Shown: positions 13,420-26,760 of the stretch, piece by piece
Layout of the letters: every line of letters starts with the position of its first letter
Position numbering within the stretch: the stretch's first letter is position 1
Assembly: GCA_044892525.1 (NCBI GenBank)
Contig: CM097885.1
Coordinates: 235,664,001 to 235,724,000 of the forward strand
DNA from: Schmidtea polychroa
Lineage: Eukaryota
Direction of reading: 5' to 3'
DNA: 60,000 bases
Made by a program: the position numbers and the translations under genes
The notes under the pieces: model-generated
What the model saw: the letters and a program-made list of their open reading frames with translations, nothing else
What the model was told of the DNA's origin: nothing
Database searches by the model: none

Positions 13420-14720
13420 CTGGTTGTAAGTGTTTGGTATCTAGTTTACAGTGCTTAGTACTTGGTTGTTGTTGGTTGTATGTACTTGGTAGGTGGTTGT
13501 AGGTACTTAGTAGTTGGTATCAGGTAACTGGTTTTTAGTAACTAGTTGTAGGTACTTGGTATCAGGTAACTGATTGTTAGTAACTAGTTGTAGGTATCTG
13601 GTTGTTAATACATGTTCGTAAGTTACTGGTTGTTGGTACTAAGTTGTTGGTTGTTAGTACTTGGTATCTAGTACCTAGTTGGTTGCTTGTTTTTGGTTGT
13701 TAGTACTTAGTAGTTGGTAATAAATGCTTAGTACCTGGTTGATGTTAGCTGTATGTACTTGGTAGGTGGTAGCTAGTTGGTTGTAGGTACTTAGTATCAG
13801 TTGTTAGTAACTAGTTGTTAGTAACTGGTTGTAAGTACTTGGTATCAGGTAACTAGTTGTTAGTAAATAGTTGTAGGTACTTAGTAGCAGGTAACTGGTT
13901 GTTAGTAACTAGTTATAGGTATCGGTTGATGTTGGTTGTATGTACTTGGTAGGTGGTAGCTGGTTGTAACTAGTTAATGGGTAGGTGGTTGTAGGTACTT
14001 GGTAACTGGTTGCTAGTATCTAGTTGTAGGTATCTGGTACCTAGTTGGTTGCTGGTTGTGGGTTGTTAGTACTTGGTTGATAATGCTTAGTACCCGGTTG
14101 TTTTCGGTTGTGAGTAGTTGGTATCTGGTAGCTAGTTGGTTGCTTGTTTTTGGTTGTATGTACTTGGTAGGTGGTAGCTAGTGGTTAGCTGGTTGTTTTT
14201 GGTTGTTAGTACTTGGTACCTAGTTGGTTGCATGTTTTTGGTTGTTAGTATCTAGTTGTAGGTATCAGGTAACTAGTTGTTAGTAACTAGTTGTAGGTTG
14301 TAGGTGGTTGGTAGGTGGTAGTTAGTTGTTAGCTGGTTGTTGTGGGTTGTAAGTACTTAGTAGGTGGTTGTAGGTGCTTAGTAGTTGGTAACTTGTTGTT
14401 AGTACCTAGTTAGCTGGTTGTAGCTAGTTAATGGGTAGGTGGTTGTAGGTACTTAGTAGTTGGTAATTAATGCTTAGTACCTGGTTGTTGGTTATATGTA
14501 CTTGGTAGGTGGTTGTAGGTACTTAGTAGTTGGTATCAGGTAACTGGTTGTTAGTTGGTTAATAATGCTTAGTACTTGGTTGTTGTTGGTTGTATGTACT
14601 TGGTAGGTGGTTGTAGGTACTTAGTAGTTGGTATCAGGTAACTGGTTTTTAGTAACTAGTTGTAGGAATCTGGTGTTAATACATGTTCGTAAGTTACTGG
14701 TTGTTGGTACTAAGTTGTTG
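13420..14720 (-). repeat. Complex GTTG-rich satellite (expanded counterpart of 4150-4675)
   Basis: Repeated ggttgtaggtacttagtagttggta / tgcttagtacctggttg modules. Confidence 0.9.
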
Positions 14721-15049
14721 GTTTGTTGTTGAATTATTATTAAAATTTGTATTTGAAAAAATATTTCATAAAAATTTCCATTAAAAATTATCTTAAAAAT
14801 TTCCATCTAAAATTATCATTGAAAAATATTTCATAAAAATCTCCATTAAAAATTAACTTAAAAAATTATTTCATAAAAATTTTCATTAAAAAATTTCAAT
14901 TCTCAAACACCTTCTATTATTTTGTAATTAAATTTTAAAATCTTACTTTAATTTACTTATTTAACTTTAATTTAAAATTTTTTACCATTGATTACTTAAT
15001 TTTAAAATTTGGACATTAATTAACTTTAATTTAATTTTTTAGAACCTTA

Positions 15050-15365
15050 ATTTAGTTATTTGAGTCAATTCATTACTTTAATTTAAAATTTTGGACCATA
15101 ATTTACTTTAATTGAAAAATCTTGACCATTATTTACTTTAATTGAAAAATCTGGACCATAATTTACTGTAATTTAATATTTTTTGACCATAATTTACTGT
15201 AATTTAATTTTTAGAACCATAATTTAATGCAATTTAATTTTTTAGACCCATAATTTACTGTAATTCAAAAATTTGGACCATTATTTACTTTAATTTAATT
15301 TTTAGAACCATAATTTACTGTAATTTAATTTTTTAGAACCATTATTTACTTTAATTGAAAAAATT
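15050..15365. repeat. ~30-bp AT-rich tandem repeat (accataatttactgtaatttaatttttaga)
   Basis: About 10 copies by inspection. Confidence 0.8.
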
Positions 15366-15890
15366 TACCACGTTTTTTAGTGTAGACCACCTTTTTCTCA
15401 GGACCAAGGAGACCCACCTCACTATAGTCTGAAAAATCCTTGGCTTTTTTAGTGTAGACCACCTATTTGTATTGAAAATATCCTGAGACCTTAAATTACC
15501 ATGCTTTTTTATTGAAGACCACCTTTTTGTATTGAAAATATCCTGAGACCTTAAATTACCATGCTTTTTTATTGAAGACCACCTTTTTGTATTGAAAATC
15601 CCAGGACCAAGGAGACCCACCTCACTATAGTGTGAATAATCTTTGGCTTTTTTTAGTGGTAGTCGGATTTTTGTATTGAAAAAAAATTTATTTGTATTGA
15701 AAATCCCAGGACCATCGTTTTTGTATAGAAAAAATTTTTTTGTATTGAAAATCCCAGGACCATCGAGACCCCCTCACTATAGTCTGAAAATTCCATGCTT
15801 TTTTAGTGGTAGTCGGATTTTTGTATTGAAAAATTTTTTTGTATTGAAAATCCCAGGACCATCGAGACCCTCTCACTATAGTCTGATAAA
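15365..15890. repeat. Subterminal 60-100 bp repeats (tttgtattgaaaatcccaggacc...ctcactatagt)
   Basis: Near-exact 60-bp units at ~15445-15600 and ~100-bp units at ~15640-15885. Confidence 0.85.
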
Positions 15891-16911
15891 AAAAAATTTG
15901 GACCAAAAATCCCTGAAAGCAAAAAATGTGAGTTGCAGCAATTGCGTAATCAAAAGTTGCAGCAGAACCCCCCCCCCCCCGGGGGGTCATTGCTGCGGGG
16001 GGCTCCTAACTACCTACTTATTATTTATCAAATAAATACTTGAGAATTCATAATATTAACTAATTAAAGAAAATAATAATAATAAATTTAATTAATATAT
16101 TTTCTATAAAATATTATTAAAAATGAAAAGTTTTAAAAATTTCCACTTGAATATAAAAAAAATACTCGTCAATACTTGAATATTTTCTATATTTGTAATG
16201 AATCATTATTGTTGAAAATGTTTTACAATTTTTCTCTCATTTACCGACAATATTTGTCAAGTTGAAGAATTGAAAAATAAGGAAAACAAAGTACATTATT
16301 AGTGGGAAAATATTAATCTTGCGCAACTTTTGCTCAAAAACATCTGATAGTTCTTCGAATTTATGCTTTCTAAATCGGCGGACTATGAAAAATAAAATAC
16401 GCTCTCTTCAAAAGGGGTGAGGCTGCTTTTTACAAATGAGCTATTTATTACCTTAGAAATGCAATCACTCCATTATTTAAGTCAAACATTACAGTCACTC
16501 CCTCAGATGCTATCCTTATAATTTTCATCGCAATAGATTATCTATTTGTTTTATTGAATCAGAATCGAATAACACCTTCATCTCTTCCTTGGTAAATTTA
16601 TCGCACTCTACAATTTCTTGTCATGAATATCAATTTTCCAAGATAAGGGCACCTAAAACAATATTTAGAACAGAATACGAACCTAACAACCTTTCAATTA
16701 ATAAGAGTCACGCTATAAAATCGATATTCGCTACAAAAATCATTGGGACTCGACAAATCTTTCAAAGAAAAGGTGAAGATTATGGTGACCACCTTAATTT
16801 CATAATCACCCGGAAAATTTGAAAAAAAAGCGGATAATTTATTTTCACTATTTTTTATAATTATAATTGGATTTATAAAGTGATGATTTCTTGATAGCAG
16901 CATTTATTATT

Positions 16912-17011
16912 TAAAACATTAAAATGACAATTTAAGCCTTTTGCTGCAAATAATTTTTTCATTAAATATATTATTTGCAGCGAAAGGCTTAAATTATCAT
17001 TTTATTGTTTT
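16912..17011. repeat. Palindromic copy of the Penelope-like repeat family also seen at 9750-9812
   Basis: ~43-bp inverted arms (aatttaagccttttgctgcaaataat / attatttgcagcgaaaggcttaaatt); same sequence lies downstream of the 9809-9847 motif. Confidence 0.65.
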
Positions 17012-17225
17012 ATATAATTGAATTATAATTGGATAATAAATTTATTAAAATTAAAAAATTATTTATTAAATTTAAAAGCATATTTTTAGTACTGGCTTCT
17101 TCCAAAAGAAGCAAAATAAACAAAAATTATTCTCGTTAAATACCCAACGGACCTAAATGAATATATAATTTCAAATTTCTGATTTAATATATTTTAAGTC
17201 ACTTTAAACGAATTAATATAAAAAA

Positions 17226-17296
17226 AACCGGAGAAGTGGCTTGACCCGACCGGAAAACGGAGATTTCTGCGTGAAAGCGGAGAGTTGGTCACCCTA
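17226..17296. mobile_element. hAT-like MITE end
   Basis: Subterminal cggaga repeats ending in tggtcacccta (rc TAGGGTGACCA); a similar end lies at 18025-18035. Confidence 0.5.
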
Positions 17297-17662
17297 GTGA
17301 AGATATTAATGGATAACATTGATAACACCATTAACATTTATAATTTAAAGTTTCTCGACAAATTAAGAAATACGACCTTCTCACAGCGATCACAGTTTAT
17401 AACGTCAAGATCTCTTAAGAACTCGGAGACCCTTTAACTTTGAATGTTATCCATTTATTCAAATTAAAAATACTTTATATATTTCTTAATATTTTCTTAA
17501 TTTGTCTACTTACAAAATTGTCAATAATTTTCAATACATGTTAATTAATTTGAAATACTTTTATTTAAATTATTTAAAAAAAATAAAGCATTAAAAAATA
17601 ATTGAATTTTTAACAGTTTTCATAATATTATTAGAGAAAAAATAACAAATATTTATTTAAAA

Positions 17663-17697
17663 AACACTTGATAAAGGGAAAACCGAAATTTTGTGTT
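17663..17697 (+). ncRNA. Degenerate minimal hammerhead-like motif
   Basis: AACAC-UUGAUAA-A-GG gaaaa CC-GAAA-UU-UU-GUGUU, with a 5-bp stem I. Confidence 0.4.
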
Positions 17698-19327
17698 GAG
17701 TATAATAAATAATACTTGATCTTTTGTCAAAATAAATGAAATATTAACACAAAACAGATCAAGGGTGACCAAAAGAGAATAAAAAATGTTACTGTTGCTT
17801 AATTTAGAAAGTTATTTAACGCGAATTTTCTAGACTGACTTTTTCAAGTGCTTGCTTAAATTTTTGATTGAATGTTTAAAATTTATTTTTTGATAAAATA
17901 ATTTTTTTTAATTTATTTATTATTTTGTTTATTATTTTTAAGATTTCTAAAATTTTGTTCGAATAAACAATTTAGATTCTATATAGTTTTTTTCATTATT
18001 CCCTGTCGAAATATATAGTATAAGTACGGTGACCATATTTTTTTTGGGAAAATAAATCACGTATTGAAGAAAATAAAAAAAATTAAAAGAATAAAAAAAA
18101 TTAAAAAAAGTTTAAAACATTTATTACAAAAATAAATGGCTGTCCTTTAAATATATTTAAAATTATGAAAATACATAAAAGGTAACACAAAATCTTTTAA
18201 ATTGAGGAATAAATAAAAAATAATACAGGCGGTTTGGGTAATTTTCTACGATAAAGTTTTAAAAAAATTTCAAAAATCCGTAATGTAAAATTGTGTAGTT
18301 TTTTATTAGACATCATTAAAATTTTAGAGGAGAAGCCTTAAACATAATTAATTAAACATAATTATATATGTGATTTGGTTAAAATTTATCTCTCATTATG
18401 GAATCAGTTTTTCGGGAATACTTTTGAAATAAATGAGAACATCAAGAAGAAAGTCGTTAAACTTGATTTAAAAGTTACATAAAAAGTACTTTATGACAAC
18501 TTCTAAAAGTAATAAATCGCAATTGTCAAAACAACTTTTTACAAATTCCAAAAACCTTGCATTGGACTTCAAAAATATTTTGACAGCCACATATGAAAAT
18601 ATGCGCTTGGTATTCTTTTTTTAGTGTTGTTCTTTATTGGTATCCAAGATTTTCATGACCACATGACAATTTTTTGTGCGGCAATGTTTGTAATTTGAAA
18701 ATTAAAAACAATAATAAACCAACAAGTTGTAAAGGTACAAATGACCATCAATTATGTATTATTAATTATAAAAGTTTTTTTTTAATAATTTATGCTATCT
18801 TTTCGCTTGTAATAGATCGCAAATTCCTTCTCTCAATTTAATGTTTTGCTCATGATATATTTTTGAATAACTTAAACTTTTTTTGATATCATTACTTTTA
18901 ATTCAAACAAAATCTTTCTTTATAATTACAGATATTTTTTCTATCCAAGCCCTATTTTAATTGTCAAGTTGTCTCTTAAATTTCGTAACAAATAGAATAG
19001 ACTTTAAAAACACAAATTATTCAAAACGAATGGGAATAATAATTCATTTCACCGCATTTTGCCAGCTGTGGCCAAAATAATTGCAATAAATGGTATAACT
19101 GGACTTCAGAGGCTAATTAAAACGTTAATTCATTAATATTACTGAGCATTAAAACAATTCCTGTTAACAGTAAAATCTTCAGGCTTTTTCATCAATGATC
19201 TGTTTTCTCTTAACGATATTTTATTTATTTTTATTTTAACAAAAATTCCAAAGTTAATTTTATGCGACATAATTTTCGGTTTTGTCTTTATATAATAAAT
19301 TATTATTTCATGAAATTAGTTTTGATC

Positions 19328-19492
<165 letters not shown>

Positions 19493-20868
19493 TTTGAATA
19501 TTAATAATTTCCAAATAAACCATCTTTAAGATTTTACATTAAAAAAGATGATCAATTAAGACCTTTACTACATATTAAAATTACGTAACTGGTTCATTTT
19601 AAATATTTAAACAAAATTTCAGTCATTAGTCGACCCCGAATGTAATCAAACCACCAGTGTATCATTAACAGTACAATATAACTAATGGTTAAAGATATTG
19701 AAGAACTATTAGACCATGGATAACATTTGTATTTATAATTGGAGAATATCTTTATTAATGTGAGGTCTATAAAATGGGAGTTTTTTTAAAAAATTTAACA
19801 TACTACCATTCTAAACCTCGTCTAAAATAAACATTATTTTTTATAAAATTTATAAATATTTTTTAACTAATTCTATAACAAAACTTTAGAGCTAACAAAC
19901 TCACAATCATGCATTAAATACATGAAAATATCATTTAAAAGACATGACATGTATTTTTCGAAAAAATCACTTCACTAAAATAAAAATTGTTGAGTTTTCA
20001 GAAGACGAATATAAAAAATATATAAGATAAAAATAATATATTTAATTATTTTAATTGTCGTGAATTTGCATATATTGTAAAAAGTACAATTCATTTAAGT
20101 AATACTTTTCTAGTTTGTTGGGGGGTGGAAATGTTGATAATGGGTGGCATTGCTCGTTTCAGTTGCGTCACTGGTTGTATATAATAAATAATATAAATGA
20201 TTCAACTCTTTCCTTTATTTCACTTGTATGTAATGTTTGAGTCCTAAAACATTTAATTTATATGAAAAATGTTTTTCTTTAATATGACTACGAAAGCCTA
20301 AATTATTGAAGCATCGCGACCATCAATACAAATCCCCACCAATGTTTTACCCCTCTCCGTGTCAAACCTATTTTAAGTCGAGCAAATAAATCAGAAATTC
20401 TGCACAAAGCCTAATTTGACTAAGGCTGAATTCGGGAAAAATAATTATTTTTAACATGAAACTTTCCACCTATATTGGCCACATCAAAATTGCTTTCCAT
20501 AACCAACCATGCAATTTATCTTTTCTAATTATTATGCACAAAATTATTTTATAGAAGTGTCAATACTCGCGGTAGATTTTAATATGCAATTTATTCAATA
20601 GGAATGTAATATTTTATCCGCCGTTATCATCACCTCAATCAAACTTATACTAAATAATAATTAAAGTAAATCGACTGGCAGCGATAGCATTTCTTAAAAC
20701 TATAAACTTGTTTTAAACAAAAAAAAAGTTAAAAACGTGAAAAAAAACAAATTAACACTAATCTATTAACCATCGAAATTGATGTACTTATATTGTCGAA
20801 TATATTTGACAAAAACATGGAAAGCGTAAAGTAAATAATATAAGAAAATTATATTTGACCGTTTATAC

Positions 20869-21690
20869 TTAACACATTACCGACCGAACGATTTGCGCCT
20901 GAGTATGAGCTGGCCACCGCGAGTTTTTTACTAGCGAAAACCAGTGACATTGTGATATGTAAGCAACAATAAAGTTATTATACATTTATACATTACACAT
21001 TCATATATTTATTAATGTAAGTTTGTGCAATAGTGCGCCACAGCTTTCACAAATATATCGAGTATATCCAGTTTTATTATTGGCAGAACAGGCTTTACAT
21101 TGTCATTGAGAATATTTTTTCTTGCCTCTGGTAACGATTGGAACAACTTTGTGTTTCTTCATGTCCATTAAAAGCCTTTCTAGTGGATCATATGTTGGCG
21201 ATAGTTTTGTTCTTTCTCCACTTGTGGAACTTTCTCCTCCCATAATGTTCAGATGGTGAATTTCACTTGCTTTTATAAGTTGTATTTTTTGGGCGATTTT
21301 GTACTCTTCTGGGGAATATTATAATACGATCAACCCATTTTATATATGTATTGTACGCTGCAACAGATTCAGGCTTGGGTACTGTTTTCCCTGACTAAGT
21401 CGTGACATCTATCATCTTTGCTGAATGTATTGTCGAGATTGTTTTGACTATTTTTATCTAATTAGCTTGCCAAACTTGTAACAGAACTTAATTTGATTCT
21501 TCTTTCATTTTAATTATTTTTAAATCTTTTGGAATTCCTCTGTTTAACCTCATAGTTCCACAAATTCTTATATTTTGTTTTAGGAGTACCTCAATTGTAT
21601 TTACGCTGATGTAATTACTGTCCATGTAGAGATGATGTTGGAAGCCTGAAGAAGGTGATAGGGGCATCAAAATATATTAGAAATATTCTG
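20869..21690 (-). pseudogene. Decayed piggyBac (PGBD4-like) transposase with one element end
   Basis: Minus strand HHLYMDSNYIS...ICGTMRLNRGIPKDL (catalytic region); C-terminal CKACS...TRYICESCGALLH Cys-rich domain with stop and frameshift; TTAA-CACATTACCGACCG end at 20869. Confidence 0.85.
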
Positions 21691-22542
21691 AAAGCCATGT
21701 ATACAGTACTGGTTTGCATGACATTGCCAAACTGGGAGATCTCCCAGATCGTTTGACAATATGTTAAGTAATTATAATCTATTTTCGTGTAGCACCTGCA
21801 ACTTGTGAGAAGTTATAATTAGATGAAATAATATTATTTTCCCATATTCTATAATTACCGTTAATTAAATGGCAGTTATGTAATTATTATGTTATATATT
21901 GTTTTAGTTTAGATAACTTAATTAGTGTCGCAAATTAGTTTGTTTAACTACTCTAAAAATCAATAAATTCAGAATATTTAAATTAATTTAATAATATATT
22001 TATATATTTTTAAATAGAAATTTAATCATTTGTTTGGTTCATTTAGTAATTATTTTCAATCGATTTTTATTTTGTTTTTAATTATCAGTTTTTAATTCTA
22101 TCATGGATACAAAGTATTTCTAAATTAAAACAAATATAATTTTACATTTTTAAAAAATATTAACAATATTAAAAATATTAACTAGACAAATCCTTATTGA
22201 ACACAAAATTTTACATATTGTGAAAATTATAGGGAATAATTAACAGTTTTTCCTCAATTGTTAAATATTGTTAAAATCTATTTGTATCATGCGTAAAATG
22301 ATTATCGGTGAAATTAGTTTTATTATTGACAAATTCATCGAGTTGTTTTAATAAACGGCCTAAATTTTTTTTAATGTTTCTACGACTAATTTAGATTATT
22401 AATTCCTTAAATGTACGGTTATCTTTATTCCCATTAAATAGCAATTCACATTTCCAACATTAGTTTCTAAAAATAAATAATGGAAATATATTTGTAAATT
22501 AAAAACAATTTGTTGGTTGGCCAAATTTATAAACAGTAGATT

Positions 22543-22615
22543 TTTATTAAAAAGAGAGCTTGAAGACTATAAATCAGTAATATATCGATGTTTTTTGGCA
22601 CTGCCTTGAAAAAGT
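22543..22615. repeat. Partial copy of the Penelope-like palindromic repeat family (see 29891, 52290)
   Basis: ttattaaaaagagagcttgaagactataaatcagtaatatatcgatg. Confidence 0.8.
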
Positions 22616-22788
22616 CGATCCACAAACCATTTCAAAATATATTTATAAGTCAGTTTTAAAACAAATGACTCATAAACTCAATAATGGGATTTTTTATTCG
22701 AGTCAAGACAGGATAAATATCCCATTCGATGATTTGAAAAGGAGGAAAATATCATGAATGAACGACTATAAAAATGTAGCTATCCAAT

Positions 22789-23419
22789 GGTATCATGACA
22801 AAATCCTCCCGGACAATATCACCTCTTGTCAATAATTCATATATTTTAGTATGTACATAATAATAAAAACATTGTAGTTTATTAACTAGTAATTATAAAT
22901 TAATTATTTAATTAAATTATTGTTTAATTAATTAATTATTTAAATAGTAAATAGTAATAAAATATGTATACAATAATAACTACCGTATATACTCGTGTAT
23001 AAGCCGAGAAATTTTGGGCAATTTTTTAAGCTAATTTTTTCCATTCGGCTTATATACGGGTAACAAAAACCAATATTTTTTGCCAGTCAGATTTTAGCTA
23101 TTTTTTTACCTCGGCTTATATACGGGTACTTGATTTTGGACAAAAAATTGACTATAAAAACTCACTTCGGCTTATATACCGATCGGCTTATACACGAGTA
23201 TATACGGAAAATGGCATTTTAGAAACAGCTAAACAGGTTCAGTAGTTACTAAAATTTTATTGATTAATGCTTGTTACATTTATAAAACATGTTTTGTAGA
23301 TGTAGTTTGTTTCTAAAATACCATTTAGTTATTATTATATACATTATATGGATTATTAACAAGAGTGGGGGTATTTGTCCAGGAGGGCTGCTATCCAGGG
23401 GGAATTTGTCCTAGAATCC
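22789..23419. mobile_element. Non-autonomous DNA transposon with 8-bp TSD (tatccaat), interrupted by a Tc2/pogo-like MITE
   Basis: TSD at 22781-22788 and 23420-23427; degenerate GG..GACAAA..CC TIRs; internal inverted arms. Confidence 0.7.
22983..23207. mobile_element. Tc1/mariner-superfamily (Tc2/pogo-like) MITE
   Basis: Perfect 25-bp TIR CCGTATATACTCGTGTATAAGCCGA, TA at the left flank, internal tcggcttatatac repeats. Confidence 0.85.
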
Positions 23420-23608
23420 TATCCAATATAAATATTTCCTGGAGGCACCCAATTTGAAAAAGTGAAAATTGTATAATTATCATTTGTTTATTTTAAATGA
23501 TCTTTTTAACAATTTAAATTTAAATTAGTTATAAATAATACAGATTTTTATCCAAAGAAATTTTTATATAATTTGAATTGGCATATTATGTTATTTGATT
23601 AAACTGGA

Positions 23609-23988
23609 GGTACTTCCGTTATCTTACTCCCAAAAATTAAATTATAAAATACAATTAAAATAACAATATAAAAAATGAGAGAATACATTATTGATGACGT
23701 TATTGAACATTATTGAACATTATTGAATTTATTAAGGCTATCTGTGATTTATGTGATTATGTGATTATGTGAGTTTATGTTGCGCAAACGTGTTCTAAGC
23801 AACAGTACCGATGTGTTCAACACTATTTTCAACGACATTGTGGTTTTCTGGCCACCTGGATGACCATTTACAAACTCTTTACAAACATTTGCTGAGTTTG
23901 TAACTGTGATTTAGAAAATAAATATAATAATTATTATATGTGTTCTTTTTTAATTTAATTTTTGGGGGTAAGATAACACGGAAGTACC
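23609..23988. mobile_element. Merlin-like MITE
   Basis: TIR GGTACTTCCGT..TATCTTAC.CCCAAAAATTAAATTA; exact 8-bp TSD aaactgga (23601-23608, 23989-23996); GG...CC termini. Confidence 0.8.
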
Positions 23989-26160
23989 AAACTGGAATCT
24001 GAAAATTTTGATTTTTTCACACATTTCAGACAATATTTTAATTTCACTCTAAACTGGTTTTATGCTGTTTATTTTTATGCAATATTTTCGAGGTATTAAA
24101 AAATCACCGTATAAAAAATTGCAGAATAATACACCGCATAAAAACAGGATGGAGTGGTCAAATATTAATATTTTTGTGCAAATTGTTGAGTTTTTCAAAA
24201 TTTCATTATGATTAGCGCATTAATCAACAAATAAGAATTTTTTTTTATTCTTTGCTCACCTTTGATCTGTTTTTTTATGATGATTTTGAAATATATATAA
24301 TTTTTAACATGAATATTGTTTACAATAACTTTTTATTATAATGATATTTATTCAAAATTTTGCCTTTTCGAAGTAGGTAAAAGTCTTTATTATTTTCTGC
24401 ATCATTTGAAACTCAGAATTAATGTTTTCCTGTTGAATTAATCTTAACTTTTTTTCATTTACATACCGAATTTCAACATGCCATGCATTATATCGGAAGA
24501 CCGCCAAAACGGTCTTTGGAATTTCAAATATGAAATTTTTCGAATTTTTAAGAATTTTCACAGGACAAATATTTTAATTGAAGTGTGGCACAGAACTTTT
24601 AAGTTAAAGACAGGAAGTAATCATAAAATTTCTGGAATTTTATTCCCTTTTTGAAATGGAAATAAGCGACACAAAAAACTCATCGAACATATGCTCATGT
24701 CGGGGATCTTTATTAACCACAGAGAAAAGTGTGCACCGATCAAAATACCAGTCTATTAAAGGTTACGTATGATTACAGAAATAGTGACACCATGGAGTGT
24801 AAATTATTTATGTAGAATTAAGCATGTTTTTAATTTGAATCGTAAAAACGAGTTATATTTATTTAAATGAATTTATTGTGGCCAGTGATAGTATTTTTCC
24901 GAAAATTTGGCCCTTCGATTGATTTGGGTTGGCCACCACTGTTGTAAGTAATAATTAATTTAATTTAATTTTTTAACTGAATAATTTTTTTCTTAAATTT
25001 GCACTTTTAGAAAATAATTAATACAGTACAAATTTAGCAATTCTTTATGAAAATTACTCAAATAGCATACATTTTCAAAAATCAGACCAAAAGTATCCAA
25101 ATGTGATAACTATTGTGGAACGGAGGTAGTATTATTTAATATTATATTTATTTATGTACATTTTAAAGATTTTTTACTTGTATTTTATCTGCTGAAATTT
25201 TAGTTGTGTTCAACATTGATAATTTAAATGTCCCATATATAATTTTTGGACAAAAATATCTGTTTCTCTGAATACATTTCAGAATTTCCTCCTATACTTT
25301 TACCATATACTTCGACAAATTCACTGAAGCGAAAAAACTAAATAGATTTTAAATTGCTTATTCAAATCAAATCATAAAATCATATTACACTTGCAGCTCT
25401 CATTGGGCTCATATATTAAAATAAACATTTTATTGGGTGATATTATCCAGTTCTAACAGTATTTTGTGAGTAGGCAAGATCCCTCTTAAATATTGTTTCT
25501 GGTTTCGACAATCGGTAGAATAGATCTAGTTGCTTTCCTCTCTTTAACTTGAAATTACTCAAATCTTTCGATTAATAACTTTAATAATTTGTTATTAATT
25601 GGTTCTCCGTTCTGACAATTTTGTCTTCAATATTTTCGTTATAATTTCTAAACATTTAACTTTTGAAATAAATATAATTCTTTTTGTTTAGCCCATTTAT
25701 AGCCAGTCTTCTCAAGTGGAAACAATTAGAAACAATTACAGAATATTTTCAAATGGGTTCCAAATGTAAACAAATGATAAATTCTTGACTTTTTATTTTA
25801 GTTTAGTGTATTTAACACATGTCATAGTTCCTCTTTGAGATTTAATTTTTTGTTTATAAATTTTTGTCATTTGTTATAAGTTGATATCCAAAGGATTAAA
25901 AATTATTTTGTACCGAATGGGTCAATTAAAATAATCTGTTAAAGAAAATGTTTAAGTTAATTTTTTTATGTATCGTTTTGACAGTGAAACAAGTTTATTG
26001 GAAAAGAAATTTGCTTTCGTGTGTATGGCCGGTCGTTTTGTCTGTCAAACCGGATTGGTATCGACACTGTTTGTATATTAAAATTTTTTTATTATCAAAA
26101 ATAAACAATTCAAATTATTTTACTAAAGGTATTTTATATTTAAAATATATAAAGTTTTTG

Positions 26161-26760
26161 CAGTGGCGGATCCATAACGGAGGGGGGCGGTGGGGACAAT
26201 CACCCACCCTCTTATGTTATTTAGAAAGAAATTTCTTTAGTGATTTTTACTTGGCTTTTACAGCCCTTTATAAAGAAAGTATGCAATGTCAACAAAAATG
26301 TTAAAATTTTAATGTAGATATACACTGAAGTAAATTATATTTTGAAGTAATTTATAATTATTGAAATTTGAAATTCAATCATTTAATGAAGACTAGAGTG
26401 TTTAGTTGTTTGACTAGTAACGTACATAAAACCTTGATGTGTTGATTATTTTAACAATTTATAACACAAAATCTAGTTTACGATTTTCCGACTTCGCAAA
26501 ACGTTCAATCACATTTTCAACATTAAGTAGGGATAATCCGACTAGTCTGTTTTCTGTCATTCGCGTTCTCAGCCAGGTTTTTATTCTTCGCAGGGTTGAG
26601 AAGCTACGTTCAGCACTTGCAACACTTACAGGGAACGTTTTAATAATTTGAAAGAACTTGTGAGTGATTGGAATTTGTACCTGGTCACACAAATCAAAAG
26701 AGTCAAAGAAAAAAAAGTAAACAAGTTTTACGACTTGTGAGCTTGCCACTAAAACCTAAA
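26161..26760 (-). pseudogene. hAT (Tip100/ZMYM1-like) transposon remnant with C-terminal dimerisation domain
   Basis: TFPVSVASAERSFSTLRRIKTWLRTRMTENRLVGLSLLNV at 26459-26660 (-); TIR-like CAGTGGCGGATCCA at 26161. Confidence 0.85.

Larger units (their letters stand above)
10002..14720 (-). repeat. Right arm of the giant inverted repeat
   Basis: Collinear reverse complement of 4150-8224, with an expanded outer satellite. Confidence 0.92.
4150..16018. mobile_element. Large non-autonomous foldback element, possibly Polinton/Maverick-derived; left end apparently truncated
   Basis: Multi-kb inverted arms, subterminal tandem repeats, right terminus reading AGTAGGTAGT on the minus strand; no intact ORF, so the class is tentative. 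Confidence 0.45.

Noticed and set aside
15365..15890. CRISPR-like array or T7 vector contamination
   Set aside because: Sequences between repeats are themselves repeated, no cas genes are present, the context is eukaryotic, and only 10 nt match the T7 promoter
15351..16035. ORFs of 89-130 aa
   Set aside because: They arise from tandem subterminal repeats on both strands and have no domain motif
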